Shown here: positions 35,601 to 46,518 of the stretch, piece after piece
How the letters are laid out: the number at the start of each line of letters is the position of its first letter
Numbering within the stretch: the stretch's first letter is position 1
Source of the DNA: Atractiella rhizophila
Taxonomy: Eukaryota
Length of the DNA: 46,518 nt
Assembly: GCA_021432655.1 (NCBI GenBank)
Contig: MU271546.1
Location: 1-46,518 of the forward strand
Reading direction: 5' to 3'
Translations under genes and position numbers: made by a program
The notes under the pieces: model-generated
The model's input: the letters and a program-made list of their open reading frames with translations, nothing else
Told to the model about the DNA's origin: nothing
The model's database searches: none

Positions 35601-38132
35601 GGATGCATATTCTGCTGCTGACAACTGGAACCTTGGAGACAAAAATGGCTTTCATTTGCGGGAAGCGCATCAGCTTCGAAACGTTTGGCTGGAACGATGT
35701 CGATTTTTCCAATGAAGCTGTTTCTTTCTCCCTTGTCGGCACTCAGCTTATGACGTGGCAAGATCAAGAAGCAAAACGAAATGAGTTGCTACGACTGGAC
35801 AAATGGAATCGCAAGTGCTTTATGGTCTCATTGAACCGACGGTTTGTGAGGGAAGACATTTCTCATCATCAGGAATCCCTCAATGGAACTGCACCGGAGA
35901 AGTCGCATTTTCGATTACTCTGGCTTCTCGCCCCCCTTGACTCTGAAAATGCCGTCAATTGGACGCTAGTCGACGAACCTTGGATCCCCATTCGCAATCA
36001 GTGTGACTTGCAGGATCTGGAACAGTCGATTATTGTTTCGCCATATCGGCCACTCACCTGCCGGCTCTTCAAATTCATCACTCACCGTCCAGACATATCG
36101 CCTTCGTCTGAAATTCAACTCCCACTTCTAGGCAGAATTAAATGGGCGAATTATAGCGAATGGTTCTCATACTCGAGAAAGTATTATCCTTGTGTTCGGG
36201 CAACACCAGAGACTAACTTCTTCCTGGAACTCGAGAGCCGTCCCAAATCTCGAAATTTTCTTGATGGGACGTCTCAATCGAAGCAGCTCAACCAGGGACC
36301 GCACCAATTGATCCTGCCCGACAACTTGTGCGCGATTGACCGCCTGGGAGAAGGCATGTGGAAGGCATTCAGGCATGCTCCCAGCTTCAGCCGGAAAATT
36401 CACGATGGGTTGCTGGTTCGGCTGGCAGCTCAGAAATGGAAGATGCAATCGGTACCCAGCTCCCTCCTTACCGAGGCCCTTACTTTGCCTGTTTGCGGTG
36501 TTGGGTTCGACTACGAGTGAGTTGCCCCATACCATGCTGCAAAATACTAACAAGTCCGCAGACGCCTCGAATATCTAGGAGACTCGTTCGCAAAATTGGT
36601 TTGTTGTTTAATACTTTTTCAGCAAGTTGTTTACGAGAATACAGGCTTCTAGCGTGCACCTTTTCTTGCTCGAGGATTCCACAGGAAGATTGCTAGATGA
36701 GGGTAGCCTGAGCTGTCGCCGTCAAGCCTCAATTAGCAACTTCACCTTCAGAAAGCGAGCATTGGAAACTGGAATACATAGCTATTTCTCCACGCTTCCT
36801 ATACGACCCTATGCCTGGAAACCCCCTTCCACCGATTTGCACAAGCTGTCACTGGACGGCCAACACCTGGTTCGGAATGTTACACGTCGTAGTCTGTCAG
36901 ACGTCACCGAGGCGTTGATGGCGGCGGCGTACCTCACTGGAGGGATTGAAGGAGCCTTGGATACCTCTAGGGAGCTCCAGTTGTCGTTCGGAAAGCGTGA
37001 GGATGGAAGTTGGCAGGAACGATGGGAAGCTAAAATGCGAAATGAACAAGAGTATCCGGCTGGACCTGTATTACGAGACCTAGAAACGACTCTCAATTAT
37101 CGCTTTCGAGATTCCCGCTCCCTGTTGCGCGCATGTTGCCATAGGAGCTTCTTGGCCGCAGATGCCTGTTACGAAAGGGAGGAATTCTTAGGGGATGCTG
37201 TTATCGATTTTTTCGTTGCGAACAAGCTCTACCATCTATTCCCCAATGCGCCCCCCTCTCGATTAACAGTCCTTCGCTCCATGCTCGTCTGCAATCCTAC
37301 TTTGTCTTACTTAAGCTTCAAGCTCCGCCTTCACAACTATATTCGAATGTCTCCAGCGTCATCCGCCCACGCAGCCATCCATGCAGCACATGGGGAATTC
37401 AAAGAATTTTCTCCACCCGACTCTACCTGGCTTTCAAGTATCCCTTGGACCTGGGACCCGCCTAAAATCCTAAGCGATGTTTTCGAGTCGGTCATAGGTG
37501 CCATTTTCTGGGACTCAAAATTTGATCTCGATTTGACGTGGAAGATTTTGGACGATATTTTCGGAGAGCTGCTTCTCGTCATCCAACAATGTGGTGATTT
37601 TGTGAGGGACCCGTGGTCTTTGATGCAACTGCGAATGGTCAAGGACACTCGCTGTCGCAAATGGAAAGTGGTTCACAGGTACGTTATTCAATGTCTATTA
37701 AGATAGCTTTGTTCATGCCCTTATAGTCAAGGGGAACCTGGCCTGAGGCTCGCCCAGATTACGTGTCACGACCAGGAGATTGGTTCAGGAACGGGGAAGA
37801 CACGAGCTTTGGCGAAACAACAAGCCGCTGGCCGTGCAAATGCTTGGTGGCTACTCAATCGTCAGAACCTTCGAAAAGAGAAAGCGGACGATGACGAGGA
37901 CAAGATCTGCGACTGCTATTTCTTGTGGGAGCAAGAGAAGAAAGGGAGGAAGGAGCAGAAGCGACTAGAAAAGCAAGCAGCTAAAGACGCAGCCGCGGCC
38001 GCTTCTGATCTCAACACGGGCAAAGTGACGGAGATTGAGAAGGAGACAGGAAAGTTGGTGGAGGGAAATGAACCTCTAGACGGCGCTGAAGCTGAGGAAT
38101 ATACATCTGAAGATGAGCATGAAGATATATAA
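32607..38132 (+). CDS. Dicer-like protein B, full length (DExD/H helicase - DUF283 - platform - two RNase III - dsRBD)
   Basis: RKYQ, MPT|GSGKT, VFDECHHA, GLTASP, LLVATNIAEEGI|DVPACNLVVRFD, SYVQSRGRAR, DUF283 (AVMLIAALC...KKKAKHHAAFLAC), ERLEYLGDS, LSDVTEA, EREEFLGDA, LSDVFES, dsRBD with CDC. The start codon is tentative. Confidence 0.94.
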
Positions 38133-38299
38133 AACAAGGAATCCACAACTACTTTGCTAGATTTACGATTCTCAATACTCCTTGACTAGTGACTTACTCT
38201 GCAAGCTCTAAGATGGAGATATTGTGAGCACCCAATATGAGTTAGCTAGGGAATTATCATCTGCAACACAGTCTATCGTTATAGATTTACTTTTACAGC

Positions 38300-40296
<1,997 letters not shown>

Positions 40297-40666
40297 TTTG
40301 AGGATTGTGGGCTGGGAGCAATAAGGTGCTATTGGTGGTGAATGCTGAGTTGACATCGTGTAGGATTTGATGCAGATTTGATGGGGATTGTGGTGGCAAC
40401 GCGTCGAGTCGCACTTTTGAGATTGTAGATTGTAGATTTGATGGATTCACGCTCAGTCTGAAATGCGGCTTGCAGATTTTCAAACATCGCACAAACTCAG
40501 CCAACCTGCGACTTCAAACTACGATTCTCCAATCCCTCTTCCAGCTCTCCAGCCTTAAGTAAAGCCTCTTCAAGATGAATATGGGTGGTCCGTGTCTTAG
40601 TTCTTTCATATTTCAAAAAAGAAAGAAAGAAGAAAGAGTCTAAATGGCAATGTTTGGCGTATAGAC

Positions 40667-40905
40667 ATGTTCGGCGGCCAAATGGGCCCTTCGCCAGCTG
40701 AGATCGAGCTCATCCGCCTCGAGAGTAGATTGGTCATTCGAGGGTTCCTATGGACTGCCTTTTGGCTGCGTATCTGTGCGTCTCTCTTCTATCTGTTCGT
40801 GTTGCAAAAGTGGTTGGCTGAGACGTGTATGTTGGGCGAAAAGCACCGTTTGCGTGGGACGTGGTCAGGTCGGTGTGGAGGGGGTTGTTTACTTCTCGCG
40901 CATGA
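40667..40905 (+). CDS. TOM5: Mitochondrial outer-membrane translocase subunit Tom5
   Basis: MFGGQMGPSPAEIELIRLES...FLWTAFWLRI|SPFAWDVVRSVW shows the MFG start and a C-terminal TM segment with the conserved Pro. A tiny upstream exon at 40575 is possible. Confidence 0.78.
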
Positions 40906-41386
40906 GAGCAGTGTGAGAGGAGAGAGGAGAAAAGTAGAAGTTTTGTCGTAGACCTTTTAATGCTTGTGAATATATGCACATGTCCTCTCCATTTTGTGTC
41001 GGTGTCTTCTCGTCTATTAGTTAGGGATTGTGCTGTCAATAAAAGGACTGCAACTGTGCAGTGGGCAAGTTCCAATATTGGGATTTGACAGAGAAATGGA
41101 GACGTTGCAACATTGGACTCAGGCAGCATTCACTCTTATCGGCGATCACAAGAGCAATGCCAGGCTCTGTTGATGTTCTCAACAGCTTTGAAGGGAAACG
41201 AATGAAATATTTTCATCAATTCAATAATATAAACATGACAAACGACCCAATTTACAACGAACTAAAGGGTTCTCAGCCCTATTTAAGCTTAAACCGACCA
41301 CTGAAATGACGACCACGAATCTATCCACATAACTGAAGATTATACACAGTCCACTGAAGCCAAGCTACCGTCCACAACCGATTAGG

Positions 41387-43759
41387 TCAATGTTTTCGAA
41401 TATGGAAAGACAGTGCAGAAGACGAACCTTCCATAGCCATCGTATCCCGAAAGTGTGCACCATCTATACTCGTCCTACCGAACGGGAGCGTGCTCTCGAA
41501 CCCATCGAACCACTCCATCCTCGCCCCCGGATTATCTTCCTTGAACCGAGACAACGCTTCCATTGTCTTTTCGGACCAAGAAGAGAGGCGCGAAGGGGTC
41601 CGCCAATCTCGATTATCCCACCTAATCACGTCAAGCTTCAGCCTCCCGCGGGAGCTTAATGTGAGAGAGAGGAAGGAGACGTACGAATATTTTTGGTTGC
41701 GTAACGGGTAGGCGGGGGTGGTGATGAAGAGTATCCGAGGGAGTCTTCCAGAGTGAAAGGCCCGCGAAAGCCTGCCTAATACGCTTTGGATGCCGCGAAC
41801 GAAGCGGTCGGTGGACCAGTGTTCGAAGGCTTGGTGTGCTCCCTGCAAGGGTCATGTCGGTTTTAAGAACAAGGGTGGGGTGGCAACGCACTGTGGAGAG
41901 GATAAAGGTATCTGCTCGCTTCAGTTGTTTGGACGTTAGACGAGCAAGGAAGTGGTCCCATTGGAATTGGAACTCGACGTTTCCGACGTAATCCTTCTTA
42001 TACACTCCCTTCTCCTGTATTCCATCACCAAACACAATACATCAGTTCGCAACCCCATAGTTGCCGACCGAAGAGACGAAACCTGAAGGTCCACGAAGAG
42101 AACACATACATAAGAAGCATTCCTCCCCTCGCCTTTCAGCCTTGGCACAAGGGCATCATAGAGCATCCTCATATGGCTGTCTCCCCTCAACACGATCCTC
42201 CTCTTCCGCGCCAAGCAAGCCTCCTTCACGTCCCTCTCCTCCGCACTCAAACCCTCATTATCGCTCAACAAGATCATCGTGTTCCGGTCGAACTTGCATC
42301 CGTAAGGAACAAAGCCGTACTTGCCCGTGCCCTCTGAGAGGGATTGGGGAAAGGAGAGCTGTGGAGCGGGGTCAGGAAGATATGTCCCGCTTATGGAGTT
42401 GTGAGGACAAAGCGGTAGCTCTTTACTTTCTAGCGAAATGTCGCTTTCTTCCAAGGAGTCTTGGAGGGGAGAAGAAGCGGACGTGGAGGAAGAATCGAGG
42501 GTCCTTAGAGCAGAGAGATGTGTTTGATTCTTTGGACTGAACGAGAAAGAGATGCAAGAGGATGGACAGAGGAGAGATTGGATTGGTAGGGCTTCGGAGT
42601 TCAGTCCGAGGATGGAATATCGGCTTGTTCTTTGGATCGAAGACTGAAGTAGAGGCGTATCGAGGATGACTGGCCACCTGGGAATCTTTTCGTCCACCAG
42701 TTCCCCTTCATACTTCTTTCCCAGATAAACCTCCTCATCGCGTTCGAACGACTCAATCATCCCGTCCCAATTCTCGTATACCCAGTTGACAGCCAAGCGG
42801 AAGGGCGAACCGCCATTCTTGACCTCGACGCCAAAAAAGTATTCGCAGGCTCCTCCCCCTATCTCTTCCTCTCCGTCCGCAGGCGTACGACGAAACCGAA
42901 ACGGGCGAATGATGCTCTTCCTCTCTGAGCCTGTAATATCAATGATGAAAGAGTCAGGTCCGAGGAGTTCTTCCGCCAACGTCGACTCTTGGCTATTTCT
43001 CGTCAATCCTCCACCTTCAATCGGAGGAAGGTGACAGCCGTCCTTCCTTTGTATGCGAAGGACGAAGGAATTGCATGCCATCTGCGCGCGAAGGTGTCGA
43101 GGGGGACGACACTGTGAAACCACGAAGGGATTGGGACGCGGATAGGTCCACAGCTTAGCTGAGAGTTGACGCAGCGTTGGGATCGGTTCGCATTCTAGTT
43201 CTTCTTCTGCTTCAGCTTCGCCTGAGGTGGGAGAGAGAGACCAATGTATCTGTTCGGCGGAGTGCAGGGATGGACATTTCAATGTTTCTTCTGTTTCTTT
43301 TTCGGAGGAGAGCGCCGCTGGGACAAGCAAATCGACATCGATGGAATTGTTGATTTCGGGTTCGACAGCTGGATGCGGATGTTGTGGGCGAGAGAGGGAG
43401 AAGGTCGAAGGAAAGGGAGATGGAGAGTCGGAAGAAAAGAGGTATAAAAGAAAAGCAATGCCCAGAAGAAAAGTAACGGTAGACTTTGCTCTCTTTATCA
43501 AGATGGAGCGCCAGCCAGTGAATCCAGGTGGAGCAAGAACAAGAGGTGCGGCTTGTTTGTCAACTGCGAACATGTCGACGTCGAATGTTGGAGGATGTTC
43601 CTTGAATTTCGACGGTAGGGAAGAAGAGATATTGGTATTAATATTGGTTGCTAGTGAATGGGTATCCACGGTGCGCTGCCTCTTGTGCAGACCGTTCGAC
43701 AGAGCGGCTTTGAGCGATCGAGTCTTGAGATTCCACTCCTGATGAAATCCCGTTCGCAT
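41387..43759 (-). CDS. Type II membrane SGNH/PC-esterase-fold protein (NXPE/TBL/Cap64-like putative polysaccharide O-acyltransferase or esterase)
   Basis: N-terminal TM segment (VTFLLGIAFLLYLF), GPDSF motif, RIVLRGDSHMRMLY (catalytic Ser) and C-terminal SIDGAHF (DxxH). Several introns in the 3' part. The start could be 43573. Confidence 0.65.
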
Positions 43760-46518
43760 CGTTCTTGCCGTTCTTGCTCTCTCGCTCTTGTCTATAGATC
43801 TATGCGTTGGACATAACAGCTAAGTTGCTGTTCGATGGAGAGGAGAATGAATGAATGAATGAGGAACTTGAAGCAGCCCAGTAAATCAGCGATAAAATAT
43901 AAGGGAATCGAGATGTCGAAGTGAGAGAGGGAGATTCTTCTTAACCACTCAGCCAGCCTGAGAAAGCAGAATACATCGAAACGAGGCCATCCTCAAGTGT
44001 ATATCGCCACTGGCAAGCGTCACAAATTAACTGCAAGATCAACGCAGATCCTAAAACTCGCCATCACTCCAAGCGAAACTGGAATTCAACGAAACCAGGG
44101 CCTGTCTCACCACAGGATAAGTGCATAATGATCCACACCGCTCATGTTCGTGTGGTAGAGAGCGTAAATAAACCGAATCAGGAACACATAATGAAAGATC
44201 GTTGCTCGCGCAATCACTTCCCTTGGCCCGCAATTCAAAATTTGGGGAGCTGGCAATCCATTGCCGTGGAGAGGTGCAGGGAATGAGCCTGGCGGGTAAA
44301 GAGCCCATTCAAGCGGATTTGGTGGTTGGTTGTGGAAGCTTCCTAGCCGGAACTGGGCTCTTTTTAAGATCCTTCTCCAACTATTGCCAACCGTGAAAAT
44401 CATCGACGTCGACCAAGCACCATGGTCTGGGATCGACAATAGTTGGCCAATGAACAAACCATACTTCAACCATTCTGAGAGATAATGTATTAATCATCAG
44501 CGAGTGATGGCTAAGTAACCACATCTTGGCAATGCCTTTGCGGCTCGACGATGCCTGAACAAAGATTGTCGCTACTTGAAAACAGTTGTAAGATTATATA
44601 AAAACCGTGAAGCCATAGCATGAGATCCGAAATAACAATTTTCAAGGTCTGATAATTTCTTAAACATTCGACCCCAAGATGGCACCAGCACATTCAGATT
44701 TGGTTGAAATCACTTGAATTTTTGTATACCACCTTTACTACAGCCTGTTTCTCTCCCTGACGCTCCTCCTGTTCCTTACATCCTCCTTCTGCCTCGCCTC
44801 ACATCCCCTTCACGATTTCCCATCTGCTACTTTCCTGCAGCCTCCAGTTGTCCCCACACCCTCCAATCGTTGCTAACTGTCGTGGAGAGGTCAGGAGCTG
44901 AGTGGAGGGGATGCGAGCGGTCATTCGATACAGTAGGAGATGGTGAGTCATAGATGACATGGGATGGCTAGAGAACAAAAGTTGAATGCAAGTCGCGACG
45001 GAGAGCAAGCAAGGCGCACCTGATCCAAGGCCTTGAGGCAAAATGTAAAAGAAAGAAGCCAGTGCAGGAACTTTCAATACTTCTAAAACAGGCTGGTTAG
45101 ATAAGCAAAAGCGAGCAGGGAGACTCACATTGCACAGCAACGGGTTAAACTAATGGTAACACTACGTGCAAACCTCAATACCAGGTAATGACAGAAGAAA
45201 GAAACTGCTCACGCGAAAAATGAGGATGAACTTGTCACGTGAAGTGCGATCCTGTGATTAAAAGATGAGTCCAGCTCGTGAATCTTCATGTCCAGCCTTC
45301 ATGCTTCCTGTTTGCCACACGCTCCAAATACTTGAAGAACATACCTCCCACCCTTGCTTTACAGCACAATCCTGGCAAGGCGTTCTTCAACGTTCGTAAA
45401 GCTTCCTATTCTGAACTGCTGATCATGGCCATCGTGGTCTTCATGCTCATCTTGATTCAATCGAGGGGGAGGGCTGGGGGGAGGGGGATGCCTAGACAAA
45501 GAGTGACGTCCTAGGAGGCGAGTTGTTGCACACTGTGACTGGAATTGGAAGGGAAAGGCTCGTGAAGGAGAGGATGGAGAGGGAAGGGCAAGTCGTCGTT
45601 TCTTTGACGTCAAATCTCATCAGAAGTCCAACTTTCGGCAACCTCACGTGCAAGGCCACTCTAGCTAGAGAGAGGAAGAATGCGTACCAGTTCAGCTCTG
45701 AGAGACAGCGTACCATTATTGCATTTCCTTGGAACCGATGCTCCAAGGTACCTCAGCGCTTCATCTCTATCTCCTTCACTTCTGACATATTTTCCTAACA
45801 TTGAACTACTCCTGCAATACAGCTGCAGCATCGTTGACCGAGGATTGTGGACACAGATGTTTCGTTATTCTATCGTTTTCGATGTTGACAATGATATGCC
45901 TCGCTTCCCATCAGAGTCAGTACATCATTGACAATGAAATAAGAAGCACTAACCATCATGAATGCATCAGTGATCGCAGTGGTTCATTGTTTCTGAAGGA
46001 GTGATCAACGATGGACAAGTCCATGAATGATGTGGCAACTGTAGACGGATGATGCATCAATGATGGGCGACCTAAGCCAATTGGCATCAGTTTTAATTCA
46101 GTTGGAGGACAATAGAAAAGCTCTTCTCACCTCCTTGACACATAAGCTAGCAAGCATGGAGCAATCGTTGACGAGCGCAGATAACTGTCATTGGAGTTGA
46201 CAATAGTGGGACAATGATTCGACAACAATGTACCAATTTCTGATCGGCTGCTGGCCAAGTTTAGTTTGTCTGCAACGATTTAGCAATGCTCAAGAAACAG
46301 CAGTGCAACCACACGAAAACGGTTTGAACATGGTGGTTCGCCTTTCTAATCAACTTCCAGCACCTACAAGTATTTTACGGACATTGGACAAGAATCTTGC
46401 AAAGGGACCCTGTTCCGGCTAGGTTGGACTGCACGTGCCTCGAATCTCACTGACAATATGTTCACACTTTCTCAATGCGCTGAACAGAAGCGCATGTGAA
46501 CTTGAAGCTAAGAGAAAG

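Noticed and set aside
35650..36350. No recognisable PAZ domain in either Dicer
   Set aside because: Divergent or undetectable PAZ is common in fungal Dicers, and this region probably holds the platform/PAZ-like fold.

Overview
This is a eukaryotic, gene-dense fungal window, most likely a basidiomycete judging by the many ~45-65 nt GT-AG introns with CTRAY branch points. It has two N-gaps (13953-14307 and 17246-18062). Spliced gene models, in order: partial glycosyltransferase-like gene, Fe-dependent alcohol dehydrogenase, ORM1, ArfGAP (GCS1-like), AFG2/DRG1 AAA ATPase, an orphan 3-exon gene, a J-domain protein, CPD photolyase, an Ams2/Spt21-like GATA factor, NDUFB4, a short taxilin, ISD11, Pop3/Rpp38, two tandem Dicer-like genes, LYS1, TOM5 and a membrane-anchored SGNH/PC-esterase protein. 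The most notable feature is the Dicer pair. The downstream copy is full length. The upstream copy has an intact reading frame and catalytic residues but has lost, in frame, about 540 aa (HEL2i, HEL2, DUF283), so HEL1 is fused directly to the platform-RNase III-dsRBD core. The two paralogs also differ by a 13-nt catalytic micro-exon and an apparent 1-nt intron slide. No rRNA, tRNA, CRISPR array or intact mobile element was recognised. All product calls come from motif recognition by eye; no database search was run.
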